NCBI GenBank assembly: GCA_039584755.1
Contig: JBDGXD010000002.1
Location: 2,706-66,705, forward strand
Source: Gemmatimonadota bacterium
Lineage (GTDB): Bacteria > Gemmatimonadota > Gemmatimonadetes > Gemmatimonadales > GWC2-71-9
Length of the DNA: 64,000 nucleotides
Direction of reading: 5' to 3'
A program made the translations under genes and the position numbers. Below, piece after piece: positions 26,921 through 34,249 of the stretch. The notes beneath the pieces were generated by a model, which saw only the letters and a program-made list of their open reading frames with translations, did no database searches and was not told the DNA's origin. Each line of letters begins with the position of its first letter. Position 1 is the stretch's first letter.

Positions 26921-29159
26921 ACAACTCCGCCGCGTTCGCGAACCACTGCGATGGTTGCTGGAGCTGGGCCGCCGCGAGGCCGCGACCGATGTTGAGCCGG
27001 TTCTCCGGAGGGCGGCACTCGGCCTGAGAGATGACCGGTGGAACCCACCGGAGTGGTTGCTTCCACATCAGGTGGACGCAGCACGTCGCGTGACACACAG
27101 CTTGCAGTCATTCGGCTTCGCGCTTCTAGCCGACGCGGTCGGACTCGGCAAAACCTACGTTGCCCTGGCCCTAGCGGCAGCCTACCGCAAGCCAGTCGCC
27201 GTGGTTCCGGCCGCGATTGTCTCACAGTGGCAGCGGGTCAGCGGCGAGGTTGGAATCGATTTAGCCATTCATACTCACGAGGCGATGAGCCGCGGGAGGC
27301 GAGCGCTTGGTGCCGACCTCATCATCACAGATGAAGCTCACCGATTCCGCAATCCCAACACGCGGCGTTACGACGTGCTCGCGCGCACAGTTGGGTGCTC
27401 GCATCTCCTGTTGCTTACTGCGACACCTGTGGTCAACGGCGCTGCCGATCTCGTGAACCTGACACGCCTCGCTCTAGCGGACAATGCATTCGCCATCTTC
27501 GGCTTGCCATCAATGGAGCGAGCTCTAAACGGTGGAGATCACCAACGGATAATGCACGCTTCCGCAGCGGTGATAACCGCGCGCGCGCCCAACAACATCC
27601 CCAGCCTTCACGAATCCCTACCCAAGGTGACAGACGAACCGGTACTGCGCCCGCCACCTGCAGCATACAGGAGAGTCACCGCCCTGCTACGCGCGGTAGA
27701 CAGACTCGAGTTCCCCAGCCTGAGTAACACTGCTGAGGCGGCCCTGCTCCGACTCCACTTGTTGTACAGACTCGCTTCCTCCACGGACGCGTGTCGTGAA
27801 ACAGTACTACGCCACCTGGTTTACATGGATCGGGCGATTGAAGCGGCCGACAGAGGTGAGACTCTGTCACGTGCGAAGGCTAGGCAGGTCTTCTCGTCTG
27901 AAGTTGAGCTAAAGCTAAACCTTCAGCAGTTCTCGCGGCTCGAGAACGTGGCTGACATACAGAAACTGCGAGAAGACCGTCATCGACTCGGACGATTGCT
28001 GCTCCTTCTCACCAGGATGAACGGTACAAGCCCAAAGACCATCGCACTCAAGCGACTCCTGACCAAGCGCACCAATCGCAAGACCATAGTATTCACTACC
28101 GCTCTCGCGACCGCACATATGCTCGCCCGGGCTATGGGCTGGCAACGGGTTGCTGTCGTCGGCTCTGGCCAGGCCTGGATTGCTTCTGGACGTTTGCCAG
28201 TGGAAGAAGCCCTGGCGTTGTTTGCTCCGGTGGCGCGTCGCGCACCCAATCCGCCAGCCTCTTCTGTAGTTCAAGTTCTGTTGGCAACAGACCTAGTCAG
28301 TGAGGGACTCGATCTGCAAGATGCTGATGCAGTTGTACACTACGATCTTCCCTGGACCCCGCTCAGGCTGCAACAGAGAGTTGGCCGTGTTGTGCGGTTG
28401 GGTTCGAGGCACGACGCAGTAGAGGTATCGTGGTTTGCTCCACCGAGTGCCATTGAGTGCAGACTCGCACTGGAAGCAAGAATCGCCGCAAAGGCAAGCT
28501 GCCAGCTCGATCTTCACGTTGCGATCACGTCGAGCGTCGGCAACGCACAAGTAATGAACCGCCTGCTGGAACAACGCGAAGCACTCGGCATGGCGCACAG
28601 CACCACGGCGCCGTCCGATCCTCGGCACGCAGTGGTCAAGGGTCCACAGATCGCGATAGTCGCGATACAATGGGAGTGGGGTAAGGCAAGCGGTACGGAA
28701 CTATTGGCAATGACCGGCGAACCCCCTCGACTGGTTGGCAGCTACGGAGAGATTGACATCCTCATCGGGCTGTTGAGTTCCTCACCCCGCACTCCCTCCC
28801 CTCCACCTGATGCGCTGTTGGCATGCCTCCTCCCCGTGGTGCGATGCCGCCTGGCTACGGCTGATCGGGGATCAACGAATCAAGCAACCCGGCGTCTGGC
28901 ACGCCATTTGGTTAGACGTGCCTACATTGCAGGCAAGAGGCGTGATGCCAAGTCTGTCAACATATGCGACGCCGTACTCGACCGCTTGAGGCACGGTGTC
29001 TCAGTTGGTGGCGAGCGCAGTTTGGAGGAGTTGTCACGCCTCGGAGGACCCCTAGGAGGCCTCAGCGACTGGCTCAAAGATCAACCAGAAAAAAAGGACG
29101 GTTGCCCCAAATTCACCATCGTGGCAGCCATGTTTGGCGACGGCACTGTAGCTGAGTGA
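26820..29159 (+). CDS. SNF2-family (SF2) helicase/translocase
   Basis: Motif I GLGKT (27141-27155), motif II DEAH (27330-27341), motif III LLLTATP, motif VI QQRVGRVVRLGS. About 250 aa at the C-terminus are uncharacterised. The 5' end overlaps the methyltransferase gene by 68-100 nt, depending on the start chosen. Confidence 0.85.
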   Translation: MSTKTKWTRQWPMPWTYQEQPEKSSGLWPRIEAEQLRRVREPLRWLLELGRREAATDVEPVLRRAALGLRDDRWNPPEWLLPHQVDAARRVTHSLQSFGFALLADAVGLGKTYVALALAAAYRKPVAVVPAAIVSQWQRVSGEVGIDLAIHTHEAMSRGRRALGADLIITDEAHRFRNPNTRRYDVLARTVGCSHLLLLTATPVVNGAADLVNLTRLALADNAFAIFGLPSMERALNGGDHQRIMHASAAVITARAPNNIPSLHESLPKVTDEPVLRPPPAAYRRVTALLRAVDRLEFPSLSNTAEAALLRLHLLYRLASSTDACRETVLRHLVYMDRAIEAADRGETLSRAKARQVFSSEVELKLNLQQFSRLENVADIQKLREDRHRLGRLLLLLTRMNGTSPKTIALKRLLTKRTNRKTIVFTTALATAHMLARAMGWQRVAVVGSGQAWIASGRLPVEEALALFAPVARRAPNPPASSVVQVLLATDLVSEGLDLQDADAVVHYDLPWTPLRLQQRVGRVVRLGSRHDAVEVSWFAPPSAIECRLALEARIAAKASCQLDLHVAITSSVGNAQVMNRLLEQREALGMAHSTTAPSDPRHAVVKGPQIAIVAIQWEWGKASGTELLAMTGEPPRLVGSYGEIDILIGLLSSSPRTPSPPPDALLACLLPVVRCRLATADRGSTNQATRRLARHLVRRAYIAGKRRDAKSVNICDAVLDRLRHGVSVGGERSLEELSRLGGPLGGLSDWLKDQPEKKDGCPKFTIVAAMFGDGTVAE

Positions 29160-29181
29160 TCGAGGCTTTCGACGTCAGCGT

Positions 29182-29892
29182 TCAGTCGTCGTTGTCACCG
29201 TCTCCCGTCAGCAGCGCATCCTCGTCATAGTAGTCGAGCTTGTGCAATGGCATGACAACGCTGGACAACACATTCAACACATGGCCCCCGATACGCTTGT
29301 AGAAACGCGCCCCCAAGACCACGGCAGTTGTAGTACTAGCGTTATGATCGCTCCGCGCGACAGTCTCCACCAACTTGTCGCATCGGTGAGCTAGATCCTT
29401 CCCCGCCTGGATCAACTCAACAGCCCGCTCCATGTCTGATTCCTCAAATACTTCAGCGGTGGCCGCAAACGCAGTCTCTACGCCCGCACGAATCTCTCTC
29501 AACTCAACGACCATGTCGTCTTCTGGAAGCGGTCCCGCGTAGAAATCCACCACTTCGGTCAAGTTCTTGGCATAATCACCTAGGCGCTCGACGTCTTTCA
29601 CCAAGCTCATCAGCAGTAGGCAATACGGTAGGTCCGCTGCGGTACCGGATATCGAAAGATGGGCAATTACCTGCTTGCGTATCGTGCGTTCGAGTTTGTT
29701 GACTTTCACATCCTGCTTGTAAACCCAGGTCCGTTCATCTGGCTTCACTTCTTCGCCGAAGTAGATATCTCCGGCCTTCCGTGTAGTCTCATGGGTAATC
29801 TTGAGCATCTGAGCAAAGTTCTCACCCATCGCCCGCAGTGGATTATCAGACCGGAAGATACTGATTAGTTGACGAAGCATCGGTGCCCCCAA
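29182..29892 (-). CDS. PhoU-domain protein (two PhoU repeats)
   Basis: 236-aa helical protein with PhoU-like repeats (... DVERLGDYAKN ..., ... RIGGHVLN ...). It lies 3 nt downstream of the Na/Pi cotransporter gene. Confidence 0.75.
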   Translation of the reverse strand: MGAPMLRQLISIFRSDNPLRAMGENFAQMLKITHETTRKAGDIYFGEEVKPDERTWVYKQDVKVNKLERTIRKQVIAHLSISGTAADLPYCLLLMSLVKDVERLGDYAKNLTEVVDFYAGPLPEDDMVVELREIRAGVETAFAATAEVFEESDMERAVELIQAGKDLAHRCDKLVETVARSDHNASTTTAVVLGARFYKRIGGHVLNVLSSVVMPLHKLDYYDEDALLTGDGDNDD

Positions 29893-29895
29893 AGA

Positions 29896-31125
29896 CTACT
29901 TGAACAACTTGTCCAAGACCGCGAACAGTGCCGGCAGTAAATAGAACAGTCCCATGACGTATACGAGTGCCCACTTGCGTGACTTGACGGCGGTATTCGA
30001 GATCCAGCGTGCGGCGTTCAGCGGAATGGCGCGAATTCGCGGCCATGGGTAGATGAGAACGGTGCCACTCACATTGAATCCCAGATGCACCAGGGCAATG
30101 ATGAGACCTGCCTGTGCATTCTCACCAGTAACTGCGAGAGCCGCAAGTAGCGCAGTAATGGTCGTACCGATATTGGCTCCGATCGTGATGGGAAACGCTC
30201 GCGCCAATGTGATTACGCCGGCACCTGCTAACGGCACGAGGAGCGATGTCGTGATCGAACTGGATTGAACCATCACGGTTACGATAACCCCAACCAACAT
30301 TGCAAGCAGAGCGCTGCGGTCCAGGGCTTTGGAGACAATAGATTCCACGCGTGTCTGCATGGCCGATCTCATCACCTTTACGAGCATCATCAAGGCAAAG
30401 AAGATCAGAATGCAGCTCACTACGATCAGCACGATTGACTGGATCTGGTGCGCATCGGTTACGAAGGCTATCGCACCTTTTATCTGTCCTACCGTAGCCT
30501 TGAGGGCACCTTTGATTGGACTGTCATAGTCCATCCCGCCTCCCCCGAGTTCCGTGAGAAAGACGGAGAGTGTGGTCGCACTGCGTTGCAGGTAGCCCGT
30601 CAACAATTCCAATGGCAGCAGCACAGCAACGGCTAAGAAGTTGAAGAAATCGTGGCAGGTGGCCACTGCAAAAGCGCGCCGGAACTCCTCTGGTCGTCCC
30701 ATGTGCGCCAGGGAGACAATGGTGTTGGTGACCGTAGTGCCGATGTTGGCACCCATTATCATCGGAACAGCATTGGCGATGGGAAGAGGATTATCGGGAG
30801 CGGCCACGAACGCCACAATCATCGATGTGGTAACCGACGAACTCTGAGCGAGTGTCGTCGCAAGAACACCAACCATCAATGCAACGAACGGATTTTCGGT
30901 AGCCGCGAAGAACGAGTCGAGCACCCCTTGGCCAAGTGACTTGAAGCCGTCACCTAAACCATTCACACCGGTCAAGAATATGAAGAGAAGCAAGAGGACC
31001 GCAGCCAACCTTGCGGTCGGGTGGGTTGCAAGTGACGCGAGTTTCCCCGGCGGTGGCGAACCACCTGTCATCGGCGGACTCGTTGATGTGCGAGGTGAGT
31101 CAGGCTCGGATGACGATTCCGTCAA
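29896..31125 (-). CDS. Na+/phosphate cotransporter family protein (NptA/YjbB N-terminal type)
   Basis: 409-aa polytopic protein with duplicated motifs GANIGTTVTN / GANIGTTITA, characteristic of Na/Pi cotransporter II-related proteins. It has a TTG start at 31125, and an alternative ATG at 31071 is possible. Confidence 0.85.
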   Translation of the reverse strand: MTESSSEPDSPRTSTSPPMTGGSPPPGKLASLATHPTARLAAVLLLLFIFLTGVNGLGDGFKSLGQGVLDSFFAATENPFVALMVGVLATTLAQSSSVTTSMIVAFVAAPDNPLPIANAVPMIMGANIGTTVTNTIVSLAHMGRPEEFRRAFAVATCHDFFNFLAVAVLLPLELLTGYLQRSATTLSVFLTELGGGGMDYDSPIKGALKATVGQIKGAIAFVTDAHQIQSIVLIVVSCILIFFALMMLVKVMRSAMQTRVESIVSKALDRSALLAMLVGVIVTVMVQSSSITTSLLVPLAGAGVITLARAFPITIGANIGTTITALLAALAVTGENAQAGLIIALVHLGFNVSGTVLIYPWPRIRAIPLNAARWISNTAVKSRKWALVYVMGLFYLLPALFAVLDKLFK

Positions 31126-31220
31126 CCGACACTAGATGCTGCAATCTTTGTCGCAGCAAATTTTATCCTGTAAAGCCTTGCAAATCAAGCAGATAAATGG
31201 CTGTCTTGCTTGAGTGTAAT

Positions 31221-31260
31221 TTCGGGTTATATTCGGTATAATGGCCGAACAAACGCCGAA
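31221..31260. promoter_or_regulatory. Candidate operator: TTCGG-N6-TTCGG-N8-CCGAA-N6-CCGAA, symmetric about a TATAAT box
   Basis: TTCGG at 31221 and 31232; CCGAA at 31245 and 31256; TATAAT at 31237-31242. It sits in the AT-rich divergent intergenic region between the Na/Pi transporter gene and the radical-SAM/imuB/dnaE2 operon. Confidence 0.45.
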
Positions 31261-31346
31261 TACGCAACCCCGCGGCGCAACCCTGGCAAGCTCCAGAAAA
31301 GCGGTGGAGCAAACCATTCTTTGGACATCTGCACGATGTCCGGAAT

Positions 31347-32429
31347 GTGGCGCAAGTGTTTACCCAGCTTCAGGTTGCTTTTTCTGTCCGACATGTGGAT
31401 GGGGTAAGTGTGGCTAGGGGCGGTGGATGGCAGGATGGACAGAAAACAATCTCGTTGATCGATCTCGACATCAAATCGATCATCAACCCGCCTGAGAGCA
31501 CCGGTATGGGTTTTTGGTCGATCAATCCCTACGTGGGATGCGAGCTCGGGTGCAGCTACTGCTATGCCAGGTATGCACATCGTTACGTGATGGAGCGAAC
31601 ACATGATGCTGGGCAGATATCGATCGAGGAGTTCAATCGGTTTAGGGAAACACAGAGTTGGGAAGGTTTCGAACGACAGATATTTGTAAAGCGACGTAGG
31701 TCTGTACTTATAGCACTGGAGCGTGATCTCGCGAAAATTCGCATGAAAAGCACCCGTAGCAGACCACATCCCATAGTCATTGGCACTGCCACGGACCCCT
31801 ACCAACCGGCAGAGCAACGTTTTCATATAACACGCGCCATACTCCGCAGATTGCTGGAGACTCGGGGCTTAACCATCAGCCTCATAACAAAGAGCCCTCG
31901 TGTCTGTCGCGACATCGAGTTGCTGCGCGAGCTTAGCGCTAGACATCGGCTGGTAGTGTACATCTCACTCATCAGCACCGACGTACGGATCATCAAGCAG
32001 TTCGAGGCACGTTCACCGATGCCTCATGCGAGGCTCGCTACGCTGCGGAAGTTTACCGACGTTGGTATCATCGCTGGGCTCAACGTAGCTCCTGTACTAC
32101 CTGGTATTACCGACTCTGCTTTTCAGATAGACTCTCTCATGGCGGCTGCGCGTGAAGCTTCTGCTACTTTTGTGCATCCTGCGGCACTTCAGTTCTTCCC
32201 CACAGTTCGAGATGGCTACTTGCCAATAGTCGAAAAGCACTTTCCCGATCTGGTTCCACGGTATCGTGTCGCTTACCGAGGCAACTGGGATGCCCCAACT
32301 GATTATGTAGCTGCGATCAGACGACGTTTCCAGCGTGCCGCCCGCAAGTACGGGCTGGACACTGATGATCCACTACAAATAGGAGAGCAACGCCAAGCGG
32401 AATGCGATGCACAGTTGAGTCTGCTATGA
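31347..32429 (+). CDS. Radical SAM protein, SplB/COG1533 'DNA repair photolyase'-like
   Basis: SINPYVGCELGCSYCYARY (CxxxCxxC at 31539-31562) plus the downstream TIM-barrel-like pattern typical of this family. The start is uncertain, with in-frame GTGs at 31395 and 31410. Confidence 0.85.
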   Translation: MAQVFTQLQVAFSVRHVDGVSVARGGGWQDGQKTISLIDLDIKSIINPPESTGMGFWSINPYVGCELGCSYCYARYAHRYVMERTHDAGQISIEEFNRFRETQSWEGFERQIFVKRRRSVLIALERDLAKIRMKSTRSRPHPIVIGTATDPYQPAEQRFHITRAILRRLLETRGLTISLITKSPRVCRDIELLRELSARHRLVVYISLISTDVRIIKQFEARSPMPHARLATLRKFTDVGIIAGLNVAPVLPGITDSAFQIDSLMAAAREASATFVHPAALQFFPTVRDGYLPIVEKHFPDLVPRYRVAYRGNWDAPTDYVAAIRRRFQRAARKYGLDTDDPLQIGEQRQAECDAQLSLL

Positions 32430-33886
32430 AACGGGCGGCAAGACTGTCTCGAGGTAAGACGGTACGAAACAGGGTAGCGTCTCACCGACGAACCAACTTA
32501 TCACCTTACCGCAGCGCAGGCGGCAGTACGAATCTCCAAAGCGAGTTGGCAGTTTGCATCTGGTTACCACTTTTCGCACTACGTTGCGAACAACAACGGC
32601 GGTCCGAGTTTACGAATGACCCCACTGCACTCCTCGCCGTGGAGGACGTACGCAGACTCTGGCAGGTATCCCCAACTGCACGCCGTGCAGGTGTCAAGGC
32701 AGGCATGACAGTGAGCCAAGCGGTTGGACTCTGTCCAGCTCTCTTACTCTGGGAACCTGATCCAGTGTACTATGACGTGCAATTTTCCAATTTGCTCCTC
32801 GAGCTGGGCAATGTAAGTCCGGTGATCGAGCCAGGAGAATTGGGTCAGCTGTATGTGGGGGTCGACGGATTGCAAAGACTCTATGGATCACCGGAAGATC
32901 AGATAGGCATGATCCAACACACAGTGACGGTGTGGCAGCGAAAGCTGGTGGCCGGAAGCCGGGAGTCAAGAGCGAATATCGCAAGGGATGGCTGGAAAAC
33001 GCGGAATAGGAAGTGGGAGTTACGCCTTTCTAAGGGTGACAAGGAAACGGAGCAAGCTGCACGTTTTTGCGTTTGCACCTTTGCACGTTTTGGATGGGGC
33101 CGCGGCAAGTTCACTGCCTGGGTAGCTGCCACGCGTGCTAATCCTGGTGAGGCGGTGATCGTCAGCGAGAAGGAGCGGGTGGGATTCCTTGCATCACAAC
33201 CGATTGCAGTATTGCCACTCGAGTCAGACACACACAGACGATTGTGGCGCCTTGGAATTAAAACGTTGAGTGACCTCGCCCAGTTGCCTGAAGCTGCTGT
33301 AGTGTCTCAATTCGGTAGGGTGGGACGCCGTTTGTGGTCGCTCGCTGCTGGCGCGGTGGTCGATCCTGTTGTCGGTAGGAAGACCCCTGAACCAATCATA
33401 GCCAAAGTCGATTTTTCCCATCCGGTAGCAGATCGTACAATGCTCTCGCATTCCCTCGACCGGCTGATCGAGCAAGCATTACGCCATCCCCAACGTGCCG
33501 GTTGGCGCATCCTCAAAGCTCAGGTATGCGCACGACAAGAGAACGGCACCTCCTGGGTGTCCAGCGCCACTCTCAATGATCCTTCGGCGGATCGGCGCCA
33601 CATAGCCGCTCCTCTGAAGATCCGACTCGAGCACGCGCAATTCGTGAAAGCGGTTGAAACCCTAGCAGTGGAATTCACGATGTTCGCCCGCGGCACCGAT
33701 GAGCTACAACTGTTTGCCCGTGACGCAAACAGCTCAGCTCGGGCAGGGCGCCAACGTGCGCTGCGCACTGCAGTACGCGAGATAAAGGCGAGGTACAGAC
33801 GTTCTGGTCTGTATCAGATAGTAGAGGTTCAACCACATTCGCGACTGCTCGAACGCCGTTATGCACTAATAGACTATGATCCATAA
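32426..33886 (+). CDS. imuB: ImuB-like Y-family DNA polymerase homolog (predicted catalytically inactive)
   Basis: Y-family fold pattern, but the N-terminus reads LAVCIWLPLFALRCEQ, with no DxD carboxylates. There is a possible clamp-binding-like ELQLF at 33701-33715. ATG 32426 overlaps the radical-SAM stop (ATGA), and the track start at 32402 is also possible. Confidence 0.8.
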   Translation: MKRAARLSRGKTVRNRVASHRRTNLSPYRSAGGSTNLQSELAVCIWLPLFALRCEQQRRSEFTNDPTALLAVEDVRRLWQVSPTARRAGVKAGMTVSQAVGLCPALLLWEPDPVYYDVQFSNLLLELGNVSPVIEPGELGQLYVGVDGLQRLYGSPEDQIGMIQHTVTVWQRKLVAGSRESRANIARDGWKTRNRKWELRLSKGDKETEQAARFCVCTFARFGWGRGKFTAWVAATRANPGEAVIVSEKERVGFLASQPIAVLPLESDTHRRLWRLGIKTLSDLAQLPEAAVVSQFGRVGRRLWSLAAGAVVDPVVGRKTPEPIIAKVDFSHPVADRTMLSHSLDRLIEQALRHPQRAGWRILKAQVCARQENGTSWVSSATLNDPSADRRHIAAPLKIRLEHAQFVKAVETLAVEFTMFARGTDELQLFARDANSSARAGRQRALRTAVREIKARYRRSGLYQIVEVQPHSRLLERRYALIDYDP

Positions 33887-34193
33887 TCAGCTGCACCCAC
33901 TCAATCTCCCACGGCGTGTACAGGTCCAGTTGAACAATGAGGGGCTGCCATTGGCTGTGGCAAGCGACTCCGTCCTATTACCTGGTTCGACGGTTGAGAA
34001 GCAATTGAGTGACGTGCCCAAAGACGACGTAAAATCGGTAGCCGCCATACTCGAGATCTGGCGTGTCGAGGACGAATGGTGGCGGCAGCCGATATCACGC
34101 CGCTATGTGGAGGTTGTTCTGCAGGGAGGACGTCATGTGGTGTTGTACGAAGATTTGGCTACGGGTGATTGGTTTATACAAAGATGCGATTAG
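33876..34193 (+). CDS. Small Trp-rich protein of the imuB-dnaE2 cassette (DUF6504-like by recollection)
   Basis: 105 aa. The motif ILEIWRVEDEWWRQPISRRYVEVVLQGGRHVVLYEDLATGDWFIQ is present. It overlaps the imuB 3' end by 11 nt and lies 56 nt upstream of dnaE2. Confidence 0.6.
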   Translation: MIHNQLHPLNLPRRVQVQLNNEGLPLAVASDSVLLPGSTVEKQLSDVPKDDVKSVAAILEIWRVEDEWWRQPISRRYVEVVLQGGRHVVLYEDLATGDWFIQRCD

Positions 34194-34249
34194 GAGGCAG
34201 AAGAAAGAGATCGAATTGACTCTACCTCCCTTTCCCTCTCCTCTTCATT

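Noticed and set aside
31126-31346. A search for a canonical LexA/SOS box upstream of the imuB-dnaE2 operon.
   Set aside because: None of CTGT-N8-ACAG, CGAAC-N4-GTTCG, GTTC-N7-GTTC or TGTTC-N4-GAACA is present. CGAACAAACGCCGA matches only one half-site. Only the TTCGG/CCGAA array was kept, as a finding.
31227-31826. 199-aa minus-strand ORF overlapping the radical-SAM gene and the intergenic operator region.
   Set aside because: The plus-strand frame contains the CxxxCxxC radical-SAM motif and family-typical flanks. The minus ORF has no recognisable features and would remove the divergent promoter region.
34192-34249. GGAGG followed by a pyrimidine-rich CCTCCC/CTCCTC tract upstream of dnaE2, considered as a possible SD-sequestering regulatory hairpin.
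   Set aside because: Only about 5 bp of complementarity and no convincing stem. It is probably just a spacer. dnaE2 lacks an obvious SD, but so do several other genes here.
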